NCBI GenBank assembly: GCA_010093815.1
Contig: ML996569.1
DNA length: 64,000 nt
DNA from: Pseudovirgaria hyperparasitica
Taxonomy: Eukaryota
Direction: 5' to 3' (one strand)
Under the pieces are notes generated by a model that searched no databases, was not told the origin of the DNA, and saw only the letters and a program-made list of their open reading frames with translations. Shown piece by piece: positions 25,295-39,544 of this stretch (position 1 is its first letter; every line of letters begins with the position of its first letter). The translations under genes were made by a program, and so were the position numbers.

Positions 25295-28200
25295 ATGGAC
25301 TACGAGATGGCTACGTCCAACGACATGACCAGGACAAGCGCAATTGTAGGACCACTCATAATCAACAAAGGGAGGGACCATTCGAGGACTAGGAGCTCTG
25401 CATCACGATATACCCTTCAATCAAGCGGAAAGTCCTGCCGATCTCCTTCCTTAAGATCACAGAGTCAAATATCGCCGCCATTAACTCCACGAACATCACG
25501 CGAACACGTCCATCCCTCGCTAGAATTGACACCCGTTTTCCACAACTATATTCGAGCCTTTTACCATTTCCATCCAAGTACCACGGTCAGTTCTGCTGGA
25601 GACGAGTCGTCCATCACCGTCCCCATCAACCAAGGAGATGTGATTCTGGTTCACTCTATCCATCCGAATGGCTGGGCTGATGGTACATTGGTCGCAGATG
25701 GTTCGAGAGGCTGGCTACCAACAAACTACTGCGAAGTTTATGACCCCTCACAAATGCAAAAGCTGTTAACGTCCCTTACACATCTCTGGGATCTGGTCAG
25801 AGTGGGCGAGAATGGTGATTTGACGGCATTTGCAAAGCAAGATTATGTTAGAGGCATGATTGGAGGCGTCCGCTTCTTGCTGGTGAGTTCGTGGGTCCAC
25901 AATTCTGATTGCAACTTCTAACAGTAAACAGGAAACCTCGCAATGCTTGACAAGAGATGATCTACTCGTGCAGTCACACGAGGGACTCCGAAAATTCCGA
26001 AAGGGTCTTCTCGGAGATTTGTCAACCCTAGTAAAGACCGCCAAGAAGCTACAAGCACTTTTGCTTGATGGCGTCGCCGACAACACCATCTACGACATGC
26101 TCGACGACCTTGTCTTCAAGGCTCTTAAACTCGTCGCTCGCGCTGTGAGGTTTCTGGACTTATGGACAAACGATGCCGTTAGCCCTGGAAATCAAGTCCA
26201 GGAGCCTACCTGCATACAACGGCCTTTGACACCACCGAACGAAATATTCCCCGACCCCGCCACATCAACAGCTGTTGCTCTGGCACAACAACCTGGCACC
26301 TCTAACATTGCAGAACAAACTCATATCAGTCATCAACCACCTGCAACCGCATCAACAACACCGACACCTGTTCACATCAGGACCCCAACGTCTGTAACGC
26401 CACTTACGACTTCACCGCCATCCAATCGATGGTCAACATCACACCGCGTGTCGTATAACAACAAATTATCTGGTGTACGGAATGGTAATCTCGCTTCTGA
26501 ACGTTTGTGCCAGGCCCACGATTCCTTCCTTGGTTTCATTGGGTCTTTCATTGGGATACACTTACAATCGCGCTCTGCTGCGGAGCTGTTGCAGACAACA
26601 CAACAATCCGTACTCGCCTGTGAAGAACTCCTCGCTGTTGTGGACGCTGTTTGGGAACGAGACAGACAACAAACTGTGTCCCTTTATCTCGCCAAGACCA
26701 ATATGCGGTCACAACTAGTAGAACTAGTGAAGGCGACCAGAGCATTGTTCAATACGTGCGATGAGGACAATGGTGACGACTTCTTTACTCCTGACCAGGG
26801 AAAACAGCTCGTCGCAGCCGCCACCGATTGTGTCCGTGCTGCTGGAGAATGCGTCACGAGTTCAAGATGTGTGATCGAAATCATTGGCGATTTCGATTTC
26901 GAATATTCCACACAGGATCTCGCTACTGCTATTCTCCAAAACCTCGACCACGCGACCACACAGCCACCGCAACTATGCGATGAACCCCTCAATACATCGC
27001 ATCCGCCTCCAGAGAAGCCTTTACCAGAGCGACCCTCAACTTCATCGAAGCAAATTCTTTCCCTGCCGGAAAAAAATGAAACTAAGTCTCTCCCGGAGCC
27101 TCCTTCATTGCCACCTGTATCCCTTGATAGAAACACTCAGATTGAGATCGTGGAGAGCCCGGTGGCACTCTCTTTCCGAGCATCTAACTCTGATTCCATA
27201 ACGACGGAGTCTATCCCTACATCCTCCAAACTTGCACCCGCCGAAGTTTCTCAGCCTGAGTTGGTCAGCCCAACGGATAGTGCCATGTCTCAAAGCCCAG
27301 TCTTGCCATTTCAGCGTTTCTTTGGTAAATCTTTCCGCACTGGCAGTGTCATTGCTTCGGTCACCGATTCCTGCAGCACTTATCCAAACAGTCTGCGTGG
27401 CGACAATGCTAGCATAGTCTCCCATGCCTCGACTCGAGCCACCACCCCTGAACAGCAACCCCGCCCAATGACAAGCTTCGAAAGCTTTCCTTCCGAGGTT
27501 GGATTTGGAAGCGAGGAATGCTCGATGGTTGAGGATAAACTTCTTGAAACGACCTTTGTACACGAGCTTGTGTATAATAAGGATGGTCACATTTCCGGAG
27601 GCTCCCTTGCGGCTCTGGTCGAACAGCTTACTCTTCACGATTCAACCCCGGACCCGATGTTTGTGAACACCTTCTACCTCACATTCCGGCTCTTTACAAC
27701 TCCTCTCGAGTTTGCAAACTCGCTGATGCAACGGTTTGATTACGTTGGCGACAGCTCTGAACTGGGCCTACCGGTACGGCTGCGAATCTTCAATGTCTTC
27801 AAAGGATGGCTTGAAAGCCACTGGCAAAGCGACTCCGACACTATTGTCCTTGATAACATCGTTGAATTTGCAATGGACAAGCTCCAAGTCTCACTGCCAG
27901 CCGCCGGTCGACGCCTAGCTGAGCTCGCTGGTAAGGTGGCAGCTTTCCATGCCACCTCGAGTGGCGCGCAACTATTGTCTCATGTGGGCAAAACCAGTAC
28001 ATCGAGCTCAATTTACGCTGGGTCCGAAAAGGATGCCCCTACTCCTATCGTGTCTAAAAGCCAAATGGTTGCCCTGAAGAATGCACGTCTTGGAGCACCG
28101 CTCAGTATAATGGACCTCGATCCGCTCGAACTTGCTAGGCAGTTCACCATCATTGAATCAAGCACGTTCTGTGCTATTCAGCCCGAGGAGCTTTTATCAT

Positions 28201-28991
28201 CCAAATGGACAAAGAAGAATGGCGAGAAAGCGCCCAACGTTAGGGCAATGTCCACTCTATCGACTGATCTTGCCAACTTGGTGGCAGACTCAATCCTCAG
28301 TCTCGAAGATGCTAAGAAAAGGGCACTCATCATTAAGAAGTGGGTCAAGATTTCGATGAAGTGCTTGGAGCTCAATAACTATGACTCGTTAATGGCAATA
28401 ATCTGTTCCTTGAACTCATCCATGGTTCTCCGGCTCAAGCGAACGTGGGAACTGGTGTCGCAAAAGAATAAGACCCGCCTCGAAGAGCTCAAAAAGATCG
28501 TCGACGTTGGTAGAAACTACGCTATCTTGCGCCAGAGACTTCAGAACCACGAGGCTCCATGTATACCCTTTGTTGGCATATACTTGACTGACCTTACGTT
28601 CGTTGACGTTGGAAACCAGACCACTCGTCAATTGCCAAACGACGGTCGTCGTCAGAGCGTTTCTGTTATCAACTTTGACAAGCACATCCGCACAGCAAAA
28701 ATCATTGGTCAACTGCAACGATTGCAGGTACCTTATAACCTAACGCCCGTGCCAGAGATGCAGGACTGGCTCGAGGCGCAGATACAACGCGTTCGAACGA
28801 GTGACCAGGCAAACGTACAAAATTACTACCGCAGGTCGTTGCTCTTAGAGCCGCGTCAAGCAGGCATTCCAAATTTCGCAGCTCAAGACAGTTTGTCGAG
28901 CACGACATCTCCTACCAGCGTCGACAAGAAGTTTGATTTCATGGGCGCTTTCTCCTTCTCGACTTCTGTGACTAAAGAGAAGGCCACCTAA
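25295..28991 (+). CDS. SH3-RasGEF_N-RasGEF guanine nucleotide exchange factor (CDC25 family)
   Basis: SH3 (YIRAFYHF...NGWADG...RGWLPTNYC), REM domain (GGSLAALVEQLT...FYLTFRLFTTP), catalytic domain (ELARQFT, LNNYDSLMAI, PCIPFVGIYLTDLTF, INFDKH). One intron at about 25883-25932. The start may extend 5' through another intron. Confidence 0.92.
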
Positions 28992-29655
28992 AACCAACAC
29001 AGCACCTTCGCTTCATTTTCCTTGGGTTTTAATATTGCAAAGGCGCATACGGAGCACATCATTTCCACACCCGGGTAACATGGCGTCTTATACCATTCCA
29101 TTTCTCACGATCATGACCATATTGCGATTCCAAGGACTGGGAGAAAATCAGGTGTTTTATCTATGATGTTATTCTTGATACCTCATTTCCTTCTTGTATA
29201 ATATATTTCATCGGGACAATGGCCTGGTGCTGCGGTGCACCACCATTTTCATGGAGACAGAAGTCTACTCAAAAGCATTGCGATATTTAGTGGGTGGAGC
29301 GCCAAACCGCGCGCTGGACGATTGAAGAGCTGTATCATATACGTATTCAGACTCCCGCGAGACTGATATGTCTAATTACTGCGGTAGCTTGTCTGTAGTC
29401 AAGATACAAATAATGAAACAATAAATGAGTTCAGAATATATATATTACTGGCCTCTGTATCATCCGTTGCATTGGTAGGGTTGTAAGACTATTAGTTCTA
29501 CGAAGGGTCCGGAGACCCCGCACGTTCCCTGCCAGAGTACGTCAGGGCTCTGCAGCTAATAGTAACCTCGCCGGTTTGCCTCCACATCCATGCAAGAACA
29601 CTACAATGCCCGGCTGAATCTTCCTTACAAGTATTCCTTGTACGATCAGATTTTC

Positions 29656-31951
29656 ATGAGTACCTATATATCCTCTTTTCTCATTGAGCCAGTAGTGCGC
29701 CACGCGCGGCGGTTTTCAGGAGTTCCTTCCATCGACGAACGCCCTCGCCCTCACACCGCATCACAATCACATGCGAACGCCTCTCCCCTCACCCAGAATG
29801 CTGTAGAACCAAGAGAAAGCGGGCATACACCCCAGAACCACACACAGACTGCAAGAGCAGGATACATCCAGTTCGATCACGTCTCTTCCATCCTTTCCAC
29901 ACCCGATACGCAGAGACGTAGGCAGCCGACAGTCCAGCGCTCCGTAACGGCTCCGGTCGGACAATTACAGGATTCGACGATTATCGAGACCCATATTGAA
30001 GAAAATCACCAGACACGTCGCTCAGCTCGCATCTCCTCTCCCAGACAGTCTCCATTGGTCCCGAGAGAGTTACACAGAGTTCCATATGACATCGTCGACG
30101 ATACTGCAGCTCTGACTACAAGCCCGGGACACCTACACAATACAAGTGCAGGGTTAGCTACGATCAGGATGGACGAAGATCAGTCACGGGCAAGAGCAGG
30201 TTCCTCTGGAACGTCTGACGACTCCGTAGCATTGACTATGTCAACATCGCTGCCAGCAGATGACGGCATGCGAATACTGCGGCGCAGGATACACGAGATA
30301 AGAGAGATGGACATATCTGTCGAGGAGAAAGCAAGAAAAATGCATACTATCATGACAGAAGGTTATGCAGTTGCGCATCTAGAAACATTACGTCCAAACT
30401 CTCCCCCTAATATTGCTTCTCCAGAGCGACCCTACACGCCAAACTCCACACTTTCACAACCAGATACGGCCGCTTCTGCTTCCATTTCACCAGTTTCATC
30501 TGTATCGCTAAAGTCAGATGACCCTTATAATATATGTGCGGCTGATCTAGAACCGTCGTACCGGCCTATTGAATCAGGAGGAGCCAGGGTAGGCGAGACG
30601 GAGGAGCCACACAGCGAGGACAGCGATGATGACGGGCCGTGTTTTGGTTGCAAACATTACAAACGAAATGTCAAAGTCCAGTGTTATGACTGTCGGAAAT
30701 GGTACCCTTGTCGTCACTGCCATGATGAGGTGGAGAAACATGCCTTGGATCGCCGGAAGACAGAACATATGCTGTGCGTCCTCTGTCAAACTCCGCAACC
30801 TGCAAGCGGCTACTGTAGAGCTTGTGGACGATGTGCTGCTTGGTATTATTGCGACATATGCAAACTTTGGGATGATGATACGAGTAAGAAGATCTATCAC
30901 TGTCTTGACTGTGGAATATGCCGAGTCGGTGAGGGCATAGGGAAGGACTATGTTCATTGCAAGGTGAGTCAAAGCCCTTGAATCTGGGGCACTACGAGTC
31001 TAACTTGGATGCCAGAAATGCAATGTCTGTATCTCTATCGGACACGCTGACTCCCATCGATGCATCGAGAGAGCAACCGAATGCGACTGTCCCATTTGTG
31101 GCGAATATCTCTTCAATTCCTCTGCTGACGTCGCCTCAATGCCTTGCGGGCACTATATGCACAAAGGCTGCTACAAAGACTATCTTGATGTAGCCTACAA
31201 ATGCCCATTTTGCAAGAAGAGTGTCATCAACATGGAACTCTCATGGCGGAAGCTTACGCACGATATAGAAAGCCAGCCGATGCCGCCGCAGTTCGATAAG
31301 ACAAGGGTGAATATTCAATGCAACGATTGCTCTGCTAAGTCCAACGTAAAGTATCATTGGCTGGGCAATAAATGCAACACGTGCGATTCGTACAATACAA
31401 ACGAAATGCAACTCTTTGTGGACGAAGATGGCGGTCAATCCGTCGAGGTCGACCAAGCAACCTCAGCAGGCTTAGAGGAGCTACGGAATCAAGAGATCGT
31501 TCGGTCAGCACCAGAATCCCCTCCGCGTCGACCACCCTTGATTGGTTCTGGTTCGTACTTTCATAGTGATCAAGTCAACGAGCGACGGCCCAGTACTGCA
31601 GCGTTAGCACTAGAGCAGCTGAGACTATCACCGTACGAAATGCTTCAGCGGGTAAGCCGATCGCTTTCGCCTATTGGCAATTATCTAAACGTTCCCGAAC
31701 GTTCATTGGAGGGTATGCGATCTGCGTGGACCAGCGAAGACGTCATTGACGGAGAGAACGGTGTCGACTTCTGGGGCTCTGATGGACGCTTCCTATCGTC
31801 TGGGGGCGAGTCTGACGAGGATGATGACGATGGGGATGATACTAGTGATGAAGACCAGTCGCGAGGTAACAGAGATGATGATGAAGATGACGATGACGAG
31901 GATGATGGACAGCCACTTGATGAATTAGATCAGATACCGTGGCACGCGTAG
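29656..31951 (+). CDS. CHY zinc finger / RING-H2 E3 ubiquitin ligase (Pirh2/RCHY1-like)
   Basis: GCKHYKRNVKVQC...CRHCHD, YYCDICKLWDD, YHCLDCGICRVG, CPICGEYLF...PCGHYMH...CPFC, zinc ribbon CNDC...HWLGNKCNTCDSYNT. One intron at about 30964-31016, acidic tail. Confidence 0.92.
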
Positions 31952-32177
31952 TGCCATGTGTATACATACTTATGGGTTTTGCATCATCGTAGACGAATCA
32001 TTGGGTAGGCGTATTATCATTTTCGGCATTTGGCCCATTCTATCTTCGTAATATGTTGTACATATATTCAGTATTCAATTTAAACGGGTCGTTTTTGAAC
32101 TATTATATTATCATAGTAATTAGTACTGCAGAACTAGTTTGAACATTTCGTTTATTACTCTTCCATGTATCCCTCGC

Positions 32178-32187
32178 ATCACGTGAT
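32178..32187. promoter_or_regulatory. Palindromic E-box ATCACGTGAT (Cbf1/bHLH-type site) upstream of RPL31
   Basis: Perfect 10-bp palindrome about 130 bp 5' of the RPL31 leader intron. Confidence 0.45.
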
Positions 32188-32422
32188 AGAGCCGGTTCTA
32201 CGCCAAGCCTTTAACCGAGCTGCGCTATCTCACCCACAATGAAATCACCACCCTACCTCCAATCCCACGAATTTCGACTGCACGACTAACCAACAGCGCA
32301 TTGCACGTCAACTCTACCGGTAAGTTGCGTTCCCTATCTAACATCATTTCCCCAGACCCTTGCGATCACGCTGGTCAATCGTTATCGCACAACTCAACTA
32401 ATAGTTTTCTCTCACTACAGCA

Positions 32423-33029
32423 ATGTCCACCTCCACCAAGACCAGCAAGCCCAAGGGCAAGACGCAGCGTAGCGCCATTGCCGACGTCGTAGCACGCGAG
32501 TACACGATCCACCTACACAAGCGGGTACGTTTAGTTTGGTGAAGTCCAGAAATGGCGAACGCGGCACCATGTGCTCGTTGGCATTGGGCGGAAGACTGAA
32601 CGGTATCATACAGGTTCACGGCGTAAGCTTCAAGAAAAGAGCGCCTCGTGCGATCAAAGAGATCCGGGAGTTTGCTACTCAAGCTATGGTATGTCTTTAT
32701 CATCTTATTCTTCTGAACGCATAGTCCATAGACGGTGCGCGGGGTGGGGCTAGCTTTGTGCTAGAGACCTCTATTAGCAATGAAAGGGTTTTGTGCTCGA
32801 ATACAACTGACCGGTATCATAGGGTACCAAGGACGTCCGCCTTGACCCCCTGCTCAACAAGAAGGTGTGGGAATCCGGTGTCAAGGGTGTCCCTTTCAGA
32901 CTGCGCGTGCGCATCTCGCGGAAGCGTAACGACGAGGAGGGTGCCAAGGAGAAGCTCTACAGTTACGTCCAAGCCGTGAACGTCAAGAACCCCAAGGGCC
33001 TACACACCGTCGTCGTCGAGGATTCGTAG
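32423..33029 (+). CDS. RPL31: 60S ribosomal protein L31 (eL31)
   Basis: DVVAREYTIHLHKR / VHGVSFKKRAPRAIKEIREFATQAM / GTKDVRLDPLLNKKVWESGVKGVPFRLRVRISRKRNDEE. Two coding introns plus a 5'UTR intron at about 32320-32420. Confidence 0.97.
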
Positions 33030-33759
33030 AGGAACTACGCTCGAGGAAGAATGCTAAAGACATATCTTGACTGGTGCGAGAGGGAACGAGCATGGTGTCC
33101 GTACAAGCCCGTGGAAGGGTTCAACCTGTCGCTGCGGCATGGTTCATTGCATCTGGTTAGGGACGGGGTCAGAGGTATTAAAAAGTATTCGAAATACCCG
33201 GGTGCAGTACTCGATGATTATATCCATCTACGTCAAGCTCCACACCATCTCTTATCTCCGAAATTTCTCGTGAATGTGTCTGACAGCATGATCATGAAGC
33301 TCTATCATTTTTGTCAACCTCTAATCAGCCGTGACAAGGACAGATTGCCCAGATACTCCCGGGAAATATCATCGGGCTGAACTAAGTATGCTATTAACAC
33401 ATGTGATGTGATGTTAGACATAGTCAAGGTATTATGGGTTCGTTGTTAGTCTGAGTCTCGAGCTTGGATCCGTCCGATTTACTAAAGTCTTATTCCGTAT
33501 CCCATCTTTCCCACGACACAGAGTTGCCTTGCACCTATTGTTCAACCGGCTGCGGAGTTGCCGGGTCAGCAGTCAGGGCCACACTGTCAACAAAGATATA
33601 TCAAGATATGTACAACAGTAGTGATTTTGGATTGGCAACATGCCTGTCCGTGCAATGATAGCTATGATTTATACATATGAAAGGCCATGCATGCCAAAGG
33701 CCATCATCACTCGAGCACCAGCCTCACATTCCCACACCAGCGCCTCAAACGCCCCCAAT

Positions 33760-34647
33760 CTACTTCCTATACCACATACGCGTAATCTTCGTATGCCTCA
33801 TTTTTTTCTGCAGCTGAAAGATACCATACATCAGCGCCTCGCTCGTCGGCGGACAGCCCGGCACATAGATATCCACGGGCACGATGCGATCGCAGCCCCT
33901 CGTGACGCTATAACTGTAGTGGTAGTACCCGCCGCCGTTCGCACACGAGCCCATCGATATCACCCATCGCGGGTCCGGCATCTGGTCGTATACCTGGCGC
34001 AGCGCGGGGGCCATCTTGTTCGTGAGTGTGCCGGCGACAATCATGACGTCGGACTGGCGCGGCGAGGCGCGGAAGATGATGCCGAGGCGGTCCTGGTCGT
34101 AACGAGGCGTGGAGAGGTGCATCATCTCGACGGCGCAGCAGGCGAGTCCGAAGGTCATCGGCCAGAGCGAGCCTTGGCGCGCCCAGTTGGCGATTTGGTC
34201 GAGGGTTGTGCTGGAAAGCTATGTGTTAGCCTGTTTCGATTTACCATGTTCTGTTGATGCGCGCGTGGCGGTTGCGTGTGTGTGTGTGTGTGTGAGCAGG
34301 ATACGGAGGACGTACAGGGCGTATTGCATGGCGCCCTTCTTGCCCTCCTGGCTGGGCAGAGGGACCTCTCTCCTCTCTTTTTTCATCGGCAATGGGGGCG
34401 CTGGGCCATTGGGCACGAGGCCCGGTTTCTGGTATGCCTCAGTTGCGCCAGATTTTTTCGACGAGCTTGAGATGCAAGCTACGGAGCCTGCGCGGTATGG
34501 GAGGAGAGCGGTTGACGGCTTGACTGCAATTACGTTTCTTGTTAGCTGGTCTGTTTCTAGTCTGGGATTGTATTGCAGGACGGGAAAGCACGATTAGAAC
34601 GCACCTCGCAACGCCATTGAGGCGGCAGACCGGGTTGTCGACAACAT
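33760..34647 (-). CDS. NDUFS7: NADH:ubiquinone oxidoreductase PSST (20 kDa Fe-S) subunit
   Basis: [47 protein letters not shown]. Presequence [14 protein letters not shown], 2 introns. Confidence 0.97.
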
Positions 34648-34894
34648 GGCGGATTCTGTCGAGCAATTCCGAGGTCGTGGAGAGCGATGCGGTGGTGGAG
34701 TGGAGAGTGGCGGTTGACAGTGGTTTTGATGCTCTTGGCCGTGGGTGAGGTGAGGTTGTGGTTGTCATCGAAAGCTGCTGCGCTGTGATTGGTCGCCGCA
34801 AGTCTAGCGCGCCCACCCTCCCTGCTCTCCTTAGAAGAATGATAGTTGGAAGCTGCTTGGTAATACCTAGACCTACCAGATAAATGAGATAAGA

Positions 34895-35535
34895 ATGGCG
34901 ACACGGGCACCAGCTGTGGCATGTATAGGCATCATTGGAAAACAGGTTTGAAATACATGGAATTAGATGAAGCTGTGACTTCGCTAATACCCTTCAAGAA
35001 CAACCCCCTCCATATCTCTCTGTTTCCACCAGATCACCGAGCTCCTCTTGAGTTCTCCTTTCTTCTCTCATCATGTCTCGACATATTCGAAGCTCGTCTT
35101 CCACAGAAGACTGCCGACCAGGACTTCGGTCTACTCCAGGCCGTTGACGAGCGCCTCGCAATGTATGGCTGGCTCACCAACACGGGCGTCAAATTTGTCA
35201 TCGTCGTCGACCTCGAGGGTCGGCCTGCAACATCAAGTGATAGTAGGAGTGTTATCGCGGCCGGTCTGAGAGATGCTGATCTCAAACCTGTTCGTCCTCT
35301 CTTTAGTCGTGTCTGGATATGCTCTTGACTCACGTGCTTTGTGTAGGCTTTCCGAGCATTGCAATCAGCGTATATCGGACTGCTAAGGAATCCATTCTAC
35401 GATCCGGATGAGCACTCGCCATTGACAGCGAATGCAGAACAGAGGGCTGGATCGACCCAGATCACGAGTAAACGTTTCATTAATGAAGTGAAGCGTATTG
35501 GAGAGGCATGGGCACCAGGGCTGCAGAGTCTATGA
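34895..35535 (+). CDS. Sedlin-family TRAPP subunit (TRAPPC2L/Tca17-like)
   Basis: VACIGIIGKQ-NNPLHISLF, FGLLQAVDERLAMYGWLTNTGVKFVIVVD, AFRALQSAYIGLLRNPFY. 2 introns. Confidence 0.9.
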
Positions 35536-36064
35536 GGTCGATAATGATTCGTTCGGATGAACGACCAAACTATGAATACTACTACTGGACCAGCTCATCC
35601 TTGTCATTTTCAACGATTCGGGTATCGACCTACACGATTCATCAGAATGAATTCCACCTGGAACGACAACGTTGATCCTCCGTTATCATGGGCAGCCTCA
35701 CAGGACATTGGCTCAAGCATATCCATAGCAAGAGATAGACGAAGTGTGTAAGCATACCCGTCTGTTCAGACTAGAAGATCCCAGATCAGGCGCTCTTCTG
35801 CATGGTTGCAGAAAGGGACTTATGATCTATTCTTGGTTTACATATACTGAGGTAGCATGTTGGAACGGCGCCAGACTCAAGAAAGAAATATACATGTACT
35901 ACCACCTTTATTCATGTTTTCATAACTTAGTCGAGACATAGCAGCTCGAGTTTAGTATGTCTTCGGTTGTCAGCCAATCAGCACGCTCCAACCTCGCGGG
36001 CCGAGGTCGACGACATCATTGACTTGCGACTGTATGCGATCGATCTGCAAGACAACAATTATCA

Positions 36065-38319
36065 ATGCCTCCAAATGTAGCTACTACCGGGGTAGCCATA
36101 ACGAATCCTCTTGTTTTATATAGAGCTCTTGTTTCAACTCAGAAGATTAGGCCGGATCCTGCACAATATCGCCTAGGTATGTCTCACTTTTGCGGTGGCG
36201 TCATATGTGATAATGATGTCTCTCGTCTCTAGCTGTGCATCTACAGAAGCTATATGATAGACTGAAAGACTATGAACCAACTGTAGCATATCGACAGCGA
36301 CTTGATCGCTTGAGTCGCGTGGTCGATAGGGAGAATGGTCATAATGGTCACGATCCAGACGTCCGAGCTCCAAAGCCTCCAAAGCCGTCCAAGTCAGCGT
36401 GGAGGACTTTCCTGGAGAGAAAGGAACAGCGTGACTCTTTGGCACTTACACGGACGATGACCAGCCAGGAAGCAGCTTTGCACATCGACTCACCAAAAGG
36501 TCTCATGCTTCACGGCGAAGTTGGCACTGGAAAGAGCATGCTGATCGACCTATTCGCTGACTGTCTACCAACACGTAAGAAACGACGGTGGCACTTCAAC
36601 ACGTTCATGCTGGAGACTATCGCAAAGATGGAAGAGTTACGCCGGCTTAGATCAGCTCGAAGCCCAGTTCTGGTAGAGGACGACCATTCCTTGATGTGGT
36701 TGGCGCGAGACCTGATAGAGACCTCGCCCGTTCTGTTCTTGGACGAGTTTCAATTACCAGACAGGGCTGCTTCAAAGATAATGGCAAGCCTTATGACGAG
36801 TTTCTTCCATCTTGGTGGGGTACTCGTTGCGACAAGTAATCGAATGCCCGAAGAGCTGGCAAACGCTTCAGGGGTAGAATTCGCTGCTCCGCCTACGCGT
36901 TTCGAATCAATAGGTCGTCGCCTAGGACTGAGGAGGAGCTCAACTCCATCCCTGAAAGATAGCGAGTTTGGATCTTTCTTGGATATCTTGAAAGCGCGTT
37001 GTGAAGTATGGGAGATGGAAGGAGCAAATGACTATAGGAGAGCAGAAGTGGTAGCAACCACATCAGCAGTGACCTCACTAGAAGAGCTGGACGACTTGGT
37101 AGCAGGCCACACTTCTGGTAGTATCGGAGGGCTTGCAGAATCAGAGCATGATGATATTCCGTCAATGTCAGCAACATCACCAAAATTCTACTTCGTGAAG
37201 CCTACGTCAACCGATTCGCCAGATGCCATGATGGCATGGGCACAAGACTTCGAAATAGCACAGAACCTCGCTAGATATAACGATAAAGATACGATCTGGT
37301 CCACAGGATCAATGCGTGTCTACGGACGTGACGTGTTTGTACCACGTCAGCATAATCGAACATGTTCATGGACATTTGAGGAGCTTTGCACAACGAGACT
37401 CGGCCCAGCGGATTACATCACTCTGGCATCAACGTACGACACAGTGATCCTTACAGACGTGCCGATACTCAGCCTGCAACAGAAGAATGAAGCACGACGG
37501 TTCATCACTCTATTGGATGCCTTATATGAAGCTCGCTGCAAGCTACTCGTTAGTGCTGCTGCCGGACCTGACGATTTATTTTTCCCTGAAACCAGAATCT
37601 CAGGTCAAGCTTCACAGGATGGCGATGACTCAGTGAAAGAGGATGCCGTCTACGCCGAAACTTTCTCGGAGGCGTATCAAGACGTCACTGAGCCGTTTCG
37701 ACCAAACGTGTCTAGCTACGATGCTGCAAGCCGATCTGATTACGCCTACAGCCAGCGCGATAATGCACTCGCGGAGGATGCTCTGGAAGATGACCCACCG
37801 AACAAGATCAGGAGAGACGTGTCTGGGACCTTCACAGATGAGCGTGACTATGATAATTCGCGTCCAGGACCCGATTTCTCTCAGTCAACTGCCTTCACTG
37901 GGGAGGATGAACGCTTTGCCTTCAAGCGTGCACGAAGTAGGCTGTGGGAGATGTGCGGCGCCAACTGGTGGGCCAGGCAGGAAGAAGGTTGGTGGAAGCC
38001 GCTGTCGAAAGAGGTTCGACGCTGGGAGGTCTCCCAAGAAGATATTCGGCAAGCGCAGAGCGAACTGGCGAAAAGTTATATGTCAGCAGAGGAGGGGACT
38101 ACTGGTACCAGAGAACCTGATGAGAAGGATGAAGCCCTGTTTGGAGCTGGAGGTCACAGTGCGAGCCCATTCAGGACACACCCAGATCCACCTCCTAAGA
38201 TCGGGTGGACGCATGTCTGGGGAACTGTGAAATGGGGTAAGAAGGCTGGACCATGGGGTCAGGGGCCGGAAGGGTTGGGTGAGAGGAATAAAGGTGGGAA
38301 TGAGAACAAGGATAAATAA
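36065..38319 (+). CDS. AFG1/ZapE-family AAA+ ATPase
   Basis: DPAQYRL exon 1, Walker A GEVGTGKS, RRWHFN, Walker B LFLDE, VATSNRMP, LGPADY, NEARRFITLLDALYE. One intron at about 36177-36232. Confidence 0.92.
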
Positions 38320-39544
38320 TGTATTAGACTGAGTAGATACACATACTGACTGTCGTCTCCCGCCTGCTGGCATTAGCCGGGCATAGACACGAAAGATTTC
38401 TACAAAGTCAGCTCAATGAACAACATTGTTTGAACACTCTTTACCTTTCCCTTTACGGCTAAGCTTGCGCTTTTGCTTCGAGGCATAGTAAGCGTCGAGC
38501 GGCAAATGGCAATTCCTCGCCCCCACACGCCTCGCATTCTCAGCCTCCTCACTGCTCGCCGTTCTAAAGGGTTCATCAGCAGGCCAGGCGAGTCAGTCCA
38601 AGACTTGTGATTCGGCCATATTTCCTGTGCTGTAATCAAACTCGAACTCAGGTCTCGTCCTTGATTCGCATGTAGTGGCATGTAATGAGTATCCAACTGA
38701 TAAACAGACAACACTCTGAATGCTAAAACTACGGCATACCAGAAAATAGAAAATTTGCCGTATTGCGTGTCTGAGACGTTTGCAAGAAAGCTAACAGTTC
38801 ACGCATGGTTTGGAAGACAGGTAGCGGGTTGGAGGATTGTGGCGAGAGACAAGTATGTTGGGGGCGCTTCGAAACATCTGGGGCTGGGTCAAGGTCGAGT
38901 GTTCGCGAGTAGATCTAGTATCTTAGCATTGTTCGAGAATTCCAACTGAGGAGGCGATTGGAATTTATAGAGTGCGCACAATGTTGCATCGAGGATAATC
39001 CGACGTCGAAACTGAGCGACACAGTGTTGTTACTCACTTCCTAAACAAGACTAGTCAGCCCACAGTAGTGTGTGGCTCCACAAAGGCTTCACATGCTCAG
39101 CGCGTGCGAGGGATCGCCAGACCACGTTATTTTTACCAACATTCGACCCTAGACATCTCGCAGCGGATAAGTGTACGATCATCTCCCCTAAGCCTCTCAC
39201 ACGCGGCTGTGTGTGTTGGACCCACAATCTGGAAAACTAGATGCGACTTTTGCGTGTCGCCTAGTAATGCCTGCGTGCTTAGTGCCCGTTGCACCCAGAG
39301 CCTCTTCCATTGCCGCCGATACATGCGCAGAGCATGGCACCCAAGTTGCCGTGTGGAGCATTGCTGCATGGTCAGGGTCAATAGAGAGGGAGATTGTTGT
39401 CCCTTTCTCTTATCGTTGCGGCGAGCGTGGCTCGGCTCATGAACTCCCATTCGTTGTAGGTGCGACGTTAGTCCTTATAACCCTTGTGTCCCAGTTAGAA
39501 AGTTTTGAGCTTTACTTTCGATCTCAGTACTATTCTCATTTGTA

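Noticed and set aside
34276..34294. (GT)n microsatellite
   Set aside because: Ordinary simple repeat inside an NDUFS7 intron.
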